This document shows positions 1 through 13,125 of a stretch of 64,000 nt of DNA, in pieces. The notes under the pieces are model-generated. The model was not told the origin of the DNA, did no database searches, and saw only the letters and a list, made by a program, of their open reading frames with translations. Both the position numbers and the translations under genes were made by a program. Source of the DNA: Octopus bimaculoides. Its lineage: Eukaryota. Location: the NCBI RefSeq assembly GCF_001194135.2, contig NC_068984.1:40190202-40254201 (forward strand). The letters run 5' to 3'. Within the stretch, counting starts at the first letter, position 1. Every line of letters starts with the position of its first letter.

Positions 1-1200
1 TGGAAAGGTAGAAGCAGAAAGAGTAAGGGAGAGGGGAAAATAGAGGAAAAGAAATCCAGCATGATTATAAATTTGTTTTATCAGTCATTATTTTGTATTT
101 TATTATTCAATGAAGCCTTTGATTCTCATTTCTCAATTAGCTTGCTGAAATAGTTTAAAATTAGCAAGCATTTTTAAATGAAGGTAATAAAAATTAAAAA
201 TTTTCTTCTACATATATGTGTGTTTGTGTGTGTTTAGAAACATTGTCAAACACGATGCTAACATCATCACAATAATTGTTACTGCCATTATCCTCAATAT
301 TCTCATCAACAATAATCTATTTCTTTTCCAATACTAGCATGAAGCTTCCTGGTTCATGCCAGCATCAAGCCTCTATAACAGAACTGATTAAGTTATGCCA
401 GAATGGAGAAAAACAAATGTGTGGATGGTATTGATGTTGAAGATAGCAGTGGAGGTGTAGGGGAAGGTTAGGAGAAAGATAAGTTAAATATAAAATAAAT
501 TTGATGACAAATACAAAAATATCATTATAAAACCCTGAAAATAATTTGTGTGTGTGCGTGTGCATACATGCATGTGTGTGTGCATACATGCATGCATGTG
601 TGTGTGCATACATGCATGTGTGTGTTTGTGTTTGAGGGTATTATAGTACTGTGTTAGTGTGTTTCTGGATATGTAAATAGACTTACATATGCATGTAAGT
701 GTACATTTAGCCTTACAGTGGTTGAACCATTGAACTCTTTCTGTAAAATGGATGGAAAGACATGAGCTGCTCATCAGGACAGTTTTACTTTATCAGTGAG
801 AGAGAGAGAGAGGTGGGAGGAAAGCATAGCTTACAGCTACTTATGAAAAATGCGAAGAATTTTTTTATTTTTGACATTTGCATATCTGTCGCCATTGAGG
901 ATGAATTAATGCCACTTAGATATAATGGCCTTTCAACTGCATTGAACAATCCGTTATGTGTACTGACTACTAGTGAAACTAGCCAAGTTGTCCATCACTA
1001 CATTCTGCAGAAAGAGCCAGCAAGACTAAATGTACATCAATTAAACAGATGCATGTAAACTCACTTAATGATATTATCCACAAAAACATTGACTTGGTAC
1101 TTTGGTTAAGTTATCTACAACAGCAATGAATGTACAGATATGCAAAATACCCGTTGTTCATTGCATGTTTCATAAGTAGTTGCGCTTATTCTCTCTCTCT

Positions 1201-1370
1201 CTGTCTCTCCCTCTCTGCCTCTGTCTCTCCCTCTCTGCCTCTGTCTCTCCCTCTCTGCCTCTGTCTCTCCCTCTCTGCCTCTGTCTCTCCCTCACTGCCT
1301 CTGTCTCTCCATCTCTGCCTCTGTCTCTCCCTCTCTGCCTCTGTCTCTCCCTCTCCGCCTCTGTCTCTCC
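1201..1370 (+). repeat. 20-bp CT-rich minisatellite (CTGTCTCTCCCTCTCTGCCT) x8.5
   Basis: Direct reading. Few substitutions between units. Confidence 0.9.
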
Positions 1371-2021
1371 TTCTCCCTATGTGTGTGTGTGTAATATATG
1401 TGTATGTGTGTGTGTGTGTAATATGTGTGTGTGTGTGTGTGTGTATGAATGTGTGAATATATGTGTATATGTATGATTGTATGCATGTCTCTCTCAGTAT
1501 AAAAGTGTGTGTGTGTGTATATGTATGTTTATATGCATGCATATCTCTCTCTCCCTTTCTACAAGTATATACATATATGTGTATATGTGTGTGTGTATAT
1601 ATTTGTGTGATAAGGTTTATTGATCATGACATATAACCAATATTTAAAACTCCATGCATTTGGTTCTAATCTATATCCTACTTTGCCAAGTATTTTAAGC
1701 ATCTCAATGACTATCCCATATAGGCCAGCCATTTTTTTTCTGCCTTCATATTCTTAATCATCCTATGTACTATACTGCTGTCAACATGAATAGCTTCTAT
1801 TGACTCTACTTGGAATAGACCCTCTTTCTTGAGCATTCTCCACATTCAACAGCCTTTCATGGCTTTCTTTTCAACATCATTGAGTGCAAGTATGCTGTTA
1901 TCATTCTATATACTTGTGTATATCTGTGTGTGTATATGTGTGTGCATGCGTGTATGTGTGCGTGTATACACACACACATGCACATGTATGTATGCATGTA
2001 TGTATGTAAGTATGTGTGTGT

Positions 2022-3292
2022 GTGTGATCATCATCATTTATTGTCCGTTGTCCATGCTGGTATGGGTTGGATGATTTGACTAGGGCTGGCAAGCTGGAAG
2101 GTTGCATCAGACCCCAGTCTGATTTGGCATGGTTTCTACGGCTGGATGCTCTTCCTAATGCCAACCACTCTAAGAGTGTAATGGGTGTTTTTATGTGCCA
2201 CCGGCACAGGTGCCATTTGCATGACACTGGTATCTGCCATGACTGCAATTTACTTGGCTTGATAGGTCTTCTTCTCAAGCACGACATAATGACAAAGGTC
2301 TTGGTCATTGCCTCTGTGAAGCTCAACACTCGAAAGGAGCTCAGCCACTTTGCCTTCATGAGGCCCAACTTTCAAAAGGCGCTTTTAATGTGCCACCAGC
2401 ATGAGTGCCAGATACATGACACCAGCACCAGCCATGCATGACTATGGTTGCATTTGGCTTGACAGGTCTCCTCAAGCACAGCATATTGCCAAAGGTCTCA
2501 GTCATAAGTCATTGCCTTTGTGAGGCCCAAAGTTCGAAGATCATGCTTCACCACATCGTCCCATGTCTTCCTGGGTCTATCTCTATTACAAGTTCCCTCT
2601 ACAGTTAGAGATTGGCACTTCTTTGCACAGTTGTCCTTGTCCATATGTATCACATGACCATACCAGTGCAGTCATCTCTCTTGCACATCACATCTTATGT
2701 CTCCTATGCTCAACTTTTCTCTCAAGATGCTTACACTCTGTCGAACATGCATGCTGACATTGCACATCCGTGAAACATGCTGGCTTCATTCCTTTCAAGT
2801 CTATGCATGTCCTCAGCTGTTACAGCCAATGTTTCACTGCTGTGTAGCATAGTTATTTGTACACAGGCATCATCCAGTCTGCCTTTCACTCTGAGAGAGA
2901 GGCCCTTTGTTACCAGCAGAGGTAGGAGCTCTCTGAACCTTGCCCAACCTAATCTTATTCTCACAGTTACGCTCTCGGAGCATCCACCTCCACTACTAAG
3001 TTGGTCACCTAGATAACGGAAGCTATCTACTACCTCCAGCTTATGCCAATGGCAGCTGATGGAGTTTATTTTCTGTACATTATGGGTGTTTATTGTATCT
3101 GTGCATCTTCCACACACAAAAGCTATTTTCCATAAACTTTTCTTTGATATTGCTGCACCACTTATATGTCCAAAGCTTACACCAGGTATATCTTATGGAG
3201 TTTTTACCTATGCTTTTTCTACAGATCAAGCAGGGCCATCTGTGTGAAGAGATATGTGATTTGTCAGCCTTCTTACTTACAAAAGACTTTTG
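2022..3292 (-). mobile_element. RTE-clade LINE remnant: RT C-terminus plus 3'UTR with a (GAT)n tail
   Basis: Translated pieces read WPCLICRKSIGKNSI..C..W (Cys-rich insert), LEVVDSFRYLGDQLSSGGGC..RIRLGWARFRELLPLL..KGLSLRVKGRL, RLERNE, RLHWYGHV and RPRKTWDDVVKHDL. They run into the 3'UTR module 'gtggttggcattaggaag..catccagc..ccaacccatgccagcatgga' and the (GAT)n tail. The ORF-end/UTR junction is locally duplicated (about 2240-2370 vs 2440-2540). Confidence 0.85.
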
Positions 3293-4189
3293 TTTTTGCT
3301 ACCACTACCATCATCATCATCATCATCATCATCATCTATTTCTCCATGCTCCTTTGGGATGTGCATGCATTGAATACATAATGTTTTCAAGTATTTCTAT
3401 CCTATGTATTCTGTGACTTTTTTTTCTTTTTCCTTTCCTTCAATGAATTGCATTCTTTATCTAATTCCAATTGTTCAGATAGTGTTAAATCAGCCTATCA
3501 AAGTAACATCAGCCTCAGCAGATTGTTCTTCCATGTGAAAACTTTCTCATTCCCCATGGTTCAAGCTGCTGTGAATGAATAGAGCAAGTGTGTTTATCAT
3601 GTATGCCAGAACTAGAGAAGTTGATTTCTTGGAAATCAAGACTTGGAGTCTTCTCTATTGCATAATGGTTCTATTTCAGGTGACTATTCTGCTAGGTGAA
3701 ATATGAATATATGTAAATATACTTAGTGCCCTAAATGCTATTGAAGATTGTTTTTTTGTCCTTGCTTTTTAAATTTTTATATTATAGATTTTATGGATGA
3801 TAGACAAAACCTTTTAAATGTTGACTTTTCATTATGTACCCTTTCGGCATATTAGAATGACACTTTAAATTTATGGTCTTTTCTCAATATTCATCAAATC
3901 TGTTCTTTAGTTGTTTGGTTGGTTGACAACAACTTGACAACCTCCCTTGGTAATTGATTTTGGTTTATATTGACCTTGTGAGAATGTTTGCTATCTTTAT
4001 TAACTTTTTGTAACACTTCTAAAAAATAATTTATATCAGTCACCTTTTGGTGATAGCTGACTATATTTCAAAACATATTTTTTGAAAAATTTTAACTCCT
4101 CCTCATATTCCCCTACAGGCATATACCATACCTGCTCTCTTTTAATTTTGGGTCATAGGATATAAATAAAATACCTTGAATATAACTGC

Positions 4190-4349
4190 ACATGGGCATG
4201 GCTGTATGGTTAAGAAGTTTGCTTCACAACTGTGATTTTGGATTCAGCTCCATTCTGCAGCAGCTTGCGTAAATGTTGTCTACTTTAGCACTGGGCCAAC
4301 CAATACCTTGTGAGTGAATTTAGTAGATACAAACTGTGTGTGGGGAGCC

Positions 4350-4397
<48 letters not shown>

Positions 4398-4560
4398 CTT
4401 TGTGTTTATCTTCTCCTATCTGCTTGACATCTGGTGTTGGTTTGTTTATGTCCTTGTAACGTAGAAGTCTGGCAAAAAGAGACTTGTGAAATTAGTACTA
4501 GTCTTGAATTGTTCTACTAGACTGTTCAAAGTGATACCCCAGTAAGGCTCTCTAAAAGTA
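4190..4560 (+). mobile_element. tRNA-derived bipartite SINE (tRNA/CORE-like head, (GT)n linker, 3' module)
   Basis: Head tggctgtatggttaagaag...ggattcagctcc...gccaaccaataccttgtgagtgaattt, then (GT)n, then cttgacatctggtgttggtttg..gtaacgtag. Confidence 0.7.
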
Positions 4561-4569
4561 ATTGATAGC

Positions 4570-5010
4570 TTCTGTTGTTATGGAGATCTAATTTGTTGCA
4601 GGGGCAGGTATTCTGAGAGCATAGTAGCCAGAGTAATAACTAGTTGGAGAAAGGTCTGAGAGCTGTTATTCCTGTTGGTAGCAAAGGGTTTCTCCATCAG
4701 AGTACTTCTGTGTCAAGTGTGATACTACATTGTAATGTAACATGAGCCTTGATCTTAGAAGATTTGCAAAGGCTAGAAAGAAATGAGATGGGCATGCTCC
4801 ATAAGAAAAATCTGGTTCAGTGTGCAAGATTGAAGAGTGTCATGGTCTTGAAGTAAATGGAATCTGTGGAAGATGGATACCAATGGTGACTTGAGATAAA
4901 GAAGTGCAGACAGATCTGAAGCCATGGAAGAGATGATAAAGGACTGTGTTAACTGATGGGACTGTGTGGGAATAGAGCTGCCTGCCCACTGAGATGTGGT
5001 AAAACAGGCA
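4570..5010 (+). mobile_element. Degenerate RTE-clade LINE fragment, same family
   Basis: Translates to SESIVARVITSWRK..ELLFLLVAKGFS and EDLQRLERNEMGML, with stops and frameshifts. Confidence 0.65.
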
Positions 5011-8000
5011 TTAAAATTATTATATTTATGTATATACAGACATTTATTGCTGAGCATGTTGATAAATATACATGCATATCTGCTTACTGACTAGTCTACA
5101 TCATTGATCTCTTGATACCCTCTCACCTCTCTAACACCCACATCACTTACCCATCTATCTCTTGTCCTTCACATCACACATCTTCATCGCTCATCTGTAT
5201 ATTGCCCATCATACCACTGTTACCCATGTCCCCTATCACCTATACCTTTTTATCCCTTGCTTCTTGTGCCCATATCGTATCATTCATCTCTCAATCACTC
5301 CCCACTTTTATTAATCATACTGTACTGTGCTGTAGGTGTAACTAAGGATGGCAGTGGATCTCTCTTCTGTTCCCCGCACATTGCACTATCTCTCCCTTAT
5401 GCCTTTGTTCTGTTTGCCATACATTACATTCTTTCATCCATATCTGTTCCTTGTCTTTCAATCACTCCATCCTCTTCTCAGTTCACACTGAGCTATGCTT
5501 TCAATATGATTGGGGATAGTAGTAGATCTTTTTGGTGTACCTTAGAGTACTTCCAGTTAAGGTAACTAAGGTTGTCACATCATCTATTCTGACTCTCTCC
5601 TCATTACTTCTTTATGATACTCATTGGTACAGGACCCATGTACTCTCCATTATACTTAAATGCTTGGCTTATCAAGCATGGAATACTTTTAATCATAGGT
5701 CTGCTTGGTCATCATTGACTTGAGCTTAAACAATAACTATATATCTGCTCCTTGCACTAATTCTTAAGCAAAGGAATAAAAATGATTTATCTTGACATTT
5801 TGAAGTTTTAAAGGAGTTGCAATGCTTAAAATGGCTTTCAGCATGTTGTACTAGCAATGTAGTATCTATATACAAAAACTAAAGTATTCTTGACACTTAT
5901 AAGTATTTCTATATTTTGATTTTGATTAAATATGAAAATTTTAAGGAAAGATTTTACATTTGTCCCTGTTTTGTGGCATACTATATTTTAATATTTAAAA
6001 ATCCATCTGGTTGAGTTTAAACTGCAATAATTAGTGTTCTTTGAATTGTTTTTGAAATTATAGAGAAAACCTATTCAATTTATTTCCATTTTGACTTGGT
6101 TATATTCAGTGAAAAAATTTGAGTGTTTTTGAATAAAAAAAATGTCTTTAAGTGTCAGGTAAGAAGAGTTATGCTTGATGTTTGCTTTTTTACCTCTCAC
6201 ACGTTGCACTCAACATAGTATGAAACTGTATTATTTAATCAACTCTAGCTTAATCTTTAAAAAAAGTTCATTAGATTAATGTTTTAAATATATAGATCCA
6301 TATTCAGATAATTTTACACCTGACCTCAAAACTTTTAGTTAGTTGAAGTCAACTTGTTGCCAAATACATGCATACATATAACTGGAAAACATTCAAATAT
6401 AAACAAGTGTAATAATCAGAGTAAAAAAATATATCGCATTAATTTTAATTAAAATTGATTAAGCATTTTAGAAACTGAATTTATCATAAATTTTAATGTC
6501 ATATTTCAGTTTTAGTTTTATTGGAAGATGTTATTTTTGCTTCTTTTAGAGATGATATATGAGATTCAGAGATACAAGTGAAAGCTAAAATTTTACCGTT
6601 AATTAATTATAAATTTGTTACCAATTAAAAATTGTCAACATCTTGCATATAACACTGCTTGGTTTTAATTCTCCCATAATAGTTTGTATGCTATTTCAAT
6701 GTTGCAATATGTGTATATTTGCTATATTCTTTCTTGTGGGAGATAAAAAAGTTCTAGATCTAACAAACAAGGTTTCTGAAATCTGTTATCGATTAATTCT
6801 TATTTATTTTTATGTTTAAAGAGAAAATATTTAATTATTAAATGTTTTATTACTACTGTAAAACTTAATGTCTCGATTCAGATAATTCTTTCTTTTGCCC
6901 TTTTTGCCAAGAATCCTCATTGACTTTAATTAATGACTTTTTTTTTCTCATTACAAGTGTAATTTCATTTGATTGAAAATTCTTTATGGCTTACTACATT
7001 CAGGTGTTAACCTGCACTTCATAGAAAAGATCTTGTATAATTTTTTTGAAAACTTGATCCTGTTGTTTTACCTGTTGGTTACTTTGTGATTAAAACTTCA
7101 ATAGTCTTGTATAGAGCTGTTATTAGTTGGATCTCACAAGGGAGTTAGCCATTAGGTTACTATTATGAGGTTATTTTAATGTATATGATAATTTTATCAT
7201 ATAAACAATTCTCACTGATTGCTGTTTAAATGTTCAAAATGCTTTGTTTAATAATTTTCTTTATAGTTTTTCTGCATTGTCAACCTTATCTTTAGATTGT
7301 ATTTTAAAAACTTTTACATCTATATTACATTTTGATTGGTTGAGCTTCATTTGTCATTGGATGTCATATTCCTAAGGATAATACTATCCTTAGGTTTCAA
7401 GTTTGGACCCAGTCTGAGAATTTGTACATATACATCAAGAATAAGGCAATTGATGACAATCACAGATCAAGTCTGTTGAAACAGAGTGCAGAAGTAAATG
7501 TTTTAATATATATACTAAAGATAAGAAGATTAGTAGTCCAGAAAGTTATAATCTTGTACATTCTCCTCTTCATTGCTGTGACTGTCTTTGCCGTCATCCT
7601 CATCATTGTCACTGACATTGTTGATGTTATTGTCATTGCCATCATCATCATTATTAATGTCATGTGTATTGTTGACACTGTTATCATTGTCATCATCATC
7701 ATGCCTATTGTTATTTTGTTTTTCCATGTTGGCATGGGTTGGATGTTCATGTTATACAATACACATCATAGCCCCAGGTCATCCTACCCACTACCATTTC
7801 TTGGTCTCTTTTCATTCTTCTTGCATTCTCCATTTTCATCACACACTCCCAGATGCAGCGCAAGGGATTTTTCTACCATATACCTTACATTTCCTTTCAT
7901 TTCTTTGTCCAACATTGCACACACATACATCAAATCCTGCACTCCTAAATGTGCATATTACATTTGAAAGAATTTCTTGAAAAGCATATTGTAAATCTGA

Positions 8001-8965
8001 ATGATATTTTACTCATTTTCTGACTTAGTATTGTTGTGAATACAGAAATAAAAATTTGACTTGGTACTTCATTATTAAGTAATTAACACTATAGAAAAGT
8101 AATACTGAATTGATTCAGTTTTTTTTTTTTCTTTTGCTATAATTGCATAATTTGATATGGTTTATAAAATGGCCTCTCTTTAACTTTTGTCTTTTGTTCA
8201 TTCTTTCTGATTAACTTCAACCTTTCATCTTGATTGCCAATGACTATGGCATTCCATGTTTCCTTTAACTGTCTGTACTCTGGGTTCTGGTATTGTGCAT
8301 ATGTTTCATTTAGTTCTTCTATAATAAAGGATTTGTCAATATTACTGAAAGCTTTTTTTTTATACATTTTCCAATGAAATATATTTATTTTACTTATTAC
8401 CACTATTTTGCAAATTTGACTGTGTTTTGTAATTAATTGATTCCACTGACAAAAGAACTGTAGCAATCTTTTTTGCAGCAATCAAATAGTGGATATTAAG
8501 TGATTAAAAGTAATTCTGAATTTTTTTAGATTAAGCCATATGATGTTAACTTGTACAAACTAACCAACTTTGACTTAATGTTAAACTAATATCTGGGCTG
8601 GATATTGATGGTTCTTCAGTACCCATCCATCATAGCTTTAGCATGATATGATGATAAGCTATAATAATGAAATACATACATATGACTTGCTTGAGGCATC
8701 ATTTATCAAAGGCTAAAATTGTTTTATTCTTCAATATGGAAAGGGCTGGTTGACAGCCTTATAACAATAGAGAGTCGTTGAAAGCTTTACACATCTTAAT
8801 TCTTTTTGTTTTTGTTTAAGGGGAATTTTCTGTCTTAGTCATGGTATGCACTTTAACATTGCTGATGTATCACAATTCCATTCCTGTAATGTCAGTTTGA
8901 TGTTTGATTTCAGTTCTATAGAGATCATTATGAATGAAAATGAGAGAGAGAGAGAGAGAGAGATA

Positions 8966-9041
<76 letters not shown>

Positions 9042-9482
9042 TGCTGAACTTCTCTAATGGCAATCCATTTAGTTCCGAGTCAAGCTTTTCTGCATTCATA
9101 AGAATAATTGACAATATTTTTATCTTACTTTCATTGATTTTTCAGTTAATTTCCTTTTTATGCATCATTTACTTTAAGTTAGAGATAGTGTGTGTATGTA
9201 TGTATGTGTGTGTGTGTGGTCACTTCAAAACCATGTGGTCACTTCAAAACCCAGTTAATGATGTAGTAGTTGACTTAGAGTGAAGAAAGTTGACTTAGAG
9301 TAATGAAACTGAATGAGTGAAATTAAGTGGAGAAAGTAACAAGAGCTAATAGTGGAGAGTTGTCAAAGTAGAGATGATGTAAGCTTCTTGGGTTAGAGTT
9401 TTAAAAGTTAGACATCACAGATGAATTGATAGATATAGATGGCAGAAAACTGAGTGGGTATGTCATCATGGTAAAACTAGAA

Positions 9483-9714
9483 TTAACTCTTTTGTTCCCA
9501 CATTTCTGTTGAAATACACTCCTTTTGTTTCAGTTATTTTGAAAATAATGGAAGAATTTACAAAAATAGCAGTCATTATTAAGCTGGTGTTTGGCACATA
9601 AATTAACATGAAATTTTGATGGAATGTTATATTTAGTTTAGATCGCTTTAGAGCAGGAAGTTTGTATCATAGAATCAGTAGTGGTCTCAGGTAGACTGGT
9701 ATCAAAAGGGCTAA
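9483..9714. mobile_element. Second piggyBac-type MITE family
   Basis: TTAA-CTCTTTTGTTCCC...GGTATCAAAAGGG-CTAA. Related to 58260-58467 (opposite orientation) and partially to about 39410-39600. Confidence 0.6.
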
Positions 9715-10066
9715 ACTGCTGCTGCTTATAGAGGTTATTATTTGAATTGATTCTATGATGAAAATCCAGTAAAATTTCTATAACTGGAATTGAAATATTT
9801 ATCTATCATTAGCTTTGTTTTCATTTTCATCCAGAATTTAATAGAAAGGGATTGGCTTTTAAGTATCTACTTGATTAAATATTGAATTGAAATTCTTTAA
9901 AATATAATGTGAAAGGAAATTAGAAATTTAGGAATATTTCAATAATTTTAAATGACTTTATTTATATATATTTATTAAGTTTTTTTTTTTTTTTAATATT
10001 AGTATATTCATAGATGTAGAAAGTAATTTATATTTTTGATATTTTGAAAAATTTTTTTTTTTGTAG

Positions 10067-10130
10067 TTCTGTAAGAATTGCTACAATACCTGGATTTGGA
10101 ACCATCCTAGAAAATGTTACTCTACGAGAG
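10067..10130 (+). CDS. RELCH: Internal coding exon of RELCH/KIAA1468 (Rab11-binding LisH, coiled-coil and HEAT-repeat protein), encoding x-SVRIATIPGFGTILENVTLRE
   Basis: Polypyrimidine tract plus TAG acceptor (..ttttttgtag at 10066) and GT donor at 10131. One base plus 21 codons. The peptide matches the C-terminal HEAT region of human RELCH as I recall it (SVRIATIPAFGTIMETVIQRE). It ends in phase 0, compatible with the exon at 32794. Confidence 0.9.
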
Positions 10131-11639
10131 GTTTGTATATCTGTTTATACTCTAAATTTCCGCCATATTTTCTGTCTGTTTTCTTTATTTCATTATAAGA
10201 ATTGATATTGAAATGTTTTTCCAAATTCATGTTTACATGAATGGTTGGAACTCTTCTTGATTTAAACTTATATTTTGCTAAGATATCCTACTTTATCAAG
10301 GCAAGTAATGAGTTCCATGTCTTGCTGTTCCAATTGATTATTTTCTCTCTGATGTTTTTCTTTTTCCTTTGTGGACCTGCCATGCAGATACATTTGCAGG
10401 AACCTGCTCTGCTCCTTTCTCTCATAGTAATTCCCTCACCCCCCTAACCAACCATAGGGCTCATAGTCCTGCAAACTGCATGGCAACCTCAGCAGTGCAA
10501 GCGGTGTGAAAAAAAGCATCCATCCACACTGTAAAGTGGTCAGCATTAAGAAGGACATTTAACTATAAAAACCATGCCAAAGCAGACATTAGAGTTTGAT
10601 GCAGTCCTTGGACACATCAGTTCCTTTCAAACCATGCAACACACACCAGCATGGAATGTGGACATTAAATGATAACAATGATATATATGTATGCTTTTTA
10701 TGATTTTCCTTAGGTGCAGCAATACTAATGACCAATTGTTAGAACTCAATATACATAACATTTAGAATAAAGCATTAGAGGAGGACAGAGTATAACATAA
10801 GTTATTGAATGGCAAGGGAACTGGAATCATGTAATCAACTTCATTGGTTTATTTCATTAATTTCTGTTATATTTCATTAATTTCTGTTGTAAGAAGCAGT
10901 GTTCTCAGAGCTGAGTGTTTGTGCAACATCTTATAGCTGAAACAGTTGTAGGTTAATGAAGGTGATTATGTAATTCCTGTTTTGTGTCATTCAATAAAAC
11001 GTGTGTGTGTCTACAGATATCTACCTGAAATTATAGAAGCATACACTTGCCCCATGTCTTTTAAGTACTATCTACAATTGTCCTCAAACAATTTCATCTA
11101 CAAAAAAATATTTTTCCCCTTCTGCATTTAGAAACCATATCAAAACTAAGAGGATTCAATTCCACATAGTAGTTCTTGCCACAGCTGGCTAATCCTAAAC
11201 TCTGATCACCATTCCCTGCCATCACCATTTTAATGTCTGCTTTTCCATGTTTGCATGGGCCGGATGAAAGTACATTGGGGTAGAGTTTTCTATGGTCAGA
11301 AGCATTTTGTGTTTCCAGCCTCCACTTGCTTCCAAATAAGGTAATTAATAAACAACAATAAACAGCTTGGACATACTTACGTGGAGAAATGGAAACAGCC
11401 ATACAGGGCTTCTATATAAAGTATGCCTACACACACAGACATGCAAACACAAAAATACATGTACTCATAGACAGATATGGCTGTGTGGTTGAGAATTTTG
11501 CATTCCAACCACATGGTTTCAGGTTCAGTCCCACAACATGCCACCTTAGGAAAGTTTCACACAGACACAGACACATACACACATATGTATAAATGTATTT
11601 ATGTATATGCATATATATATATATGTGTGTGTGTGTGTG

Positions 11640-11679
<40 letters not shown>

Positions 11680-11680
<1 letters not shown>

Positions 11681-11905
11681 ACTAAAATTTACAGAAAGCA
11701 AAAAACAAAGGCAGGTGAAGGAACAACAAGGAGGTATATTAGTTTAACACTTGGGAAGAATGGAAAAGTCTTTTACGTTTCAAGCTTACACTCTTCATCA
11801 GAAAGGATTGAGAGGAGAAAAATAATGAAGAGAGAATGAAAAAAAAACAAAAACAGAGAGAATACAAAAAATGGAGAGAGATAAAATGTATAGGGGCTAA
11901 TGGTT
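11680..11905 (-). mobile_element. Short non-autonomous repeat, family A (Penelope pseudo-LTR/retrozyme-like), carrying a hammerhead
   Basis: Homologous to 22447-22722 and 22780-22965 from a 'gatcactagccacta'-like start through the hammerhead and 'aaactaatacac..ttgttgttc..' to 'taaattt..actata(ta)n'. No tRNA boxes seen. Confidence 0.6.
11770..11805 (-). ncRNA. Minimal type-I hammerhead ribozyme motif (family A copy 1, intact core)
   Basis: The minus strand reads CUUU-CUGAUGA-A-GAGU-guaa-GCUU-GAAAC-GUA-AAAG. Stem I is CUUU/AAAG, stem II is GAGU/GCUU with wobbles, stem III is the palindromic ACGU, and the cleavage triplet is GUA. Confidence 0.75.
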
Positions 11906-11929
11906 CAACGTGATGAAATGGTAGGATCA

Positions 11930-12138
11930 TCATCATCATCATCATCTTCGTTTAATGTCCGCTTTCCATGCTAGCATGGGTTGGACGATTTGACTGAGGA
12001 CTGGTGAACCGGATGGCTACACCAGGCTCCAATCTGATTTGGCAGAGTTTCTACAGCTGGATGCCCTTCCTAATGCCAACCACTCCGAGAGTGTAGTGGG
12101 TGCTTTTATGTGCCACCAGCACGAAGGCCAGTATATAT
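11930..12138 (-). mobile_element. RTE-family 3'-end fragment with a (GAT)n tail
   Basis: Same module as 2022-2260. Further copies at about 10490-10680(+), 11220-11330(-), 18590-18693(+), 27880-28045(+), 36910-37225(-), 53650-53850(-), 55060-55365(+), 55400-55595(+), 56300-56455(-) and 59690-59820(+). Confidence 0.8.
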
Positions 12139-12847
12139 NNNNNNNNNNNNNNNNNNNNNNNNNNNNNNNNNNNNNNNNNNNNNNNNNNNNNNNNNNNNNN
12201 NNNNNNNNNNNNNNNNNNNNNNNNNNNNNNNNNNNNNNNNNNNNNNNNNNNNNNNNNNNNNNNNNNNNNNNNNNNNNNNNNNNNNNNNNNNNNNNNNNNN
12301 NNNNNNNNNNNNNNNNNNNNNNNNNNNNNNNNNNNNNNNNNNNNNNNNNNNNNNNNNNNNNNNNNNNNNNNNNNNNNNNNNNNNNNNNNNNNNNNNNNNN
12401 NNNNNNNNNNNNNNNNNNNNNNNNNNNNNNNNNNNNNNNNNNNNNNNNNNNNNNNNNNNNNNNNNNNNNNNNNNNNNNNNNNNNNNNNNNNNNNNNNNNN
12501 NNNNNNNNNNNNNNNNNNNNNNNNNNNNNNNNNNNNNNNNNNNNNNNNNNNNNNNNNNNNNNNNNNNNNNNNNNNNNNNNNNNNNNNNNNNNNNNNNNNN
12601 NNNNNNNNNNNNNNNNNNNNNNNNNNNNNNNNNNNNNNNNNNNNNNNNNNNNNNNNNNNNNNNNNNNNNNNNNNNNNNNNNNNNNNNNNNNNNNNNNNNN
12701 NNNNNNNNNNNNNNNNNNNNNNNNNNNNNNNNNNNNNNNNNNNNNNNNNNNNNNNNNNNNNNNNNNNNNNNNNNNNNNNNNNNNNNNNATTCTTCATTTT
12801 CCTATTATTTCTCCACGTGTGGTTAACACAACCCCACTATTTACTGA

Positions 12848-12884
<37 letters not shown>

Positions 12885-13086
12885 CTATGTACATAAATAT
12901 GTGTTTATATATATATATATATATCCATCCACACACACACATGTGCACAAATATATATATATAGTCAGCAGTTCAGTTGAGATCCAAAGATTCTTGGTTT
13001 AGAAAACACTTAGTAGCACTCAAATGTTTCAAACTTAGACTCTGATGTCTTAACACACACACACAAACACACACACACAGAGTGTG

Positions 13087-13125
<39 letters not shown>

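Noticed and set aside
365-2074. HT/CV/SL/ER-repeat ORFs, also at 22045-22551, 51405-51773, 58836-59290 and 63635-63984
   Set aside because: Dinucleotide and minisatellite translations, not proteins.
7422-7980. 181-aa hydrophobic ORF and its Asp/Asn-rich antisense ORFs
   Set aside because: Translation of a degenerate (CAT/TGT)n microsatellite attached to an RTE 3'-end fragment; no family motifs.
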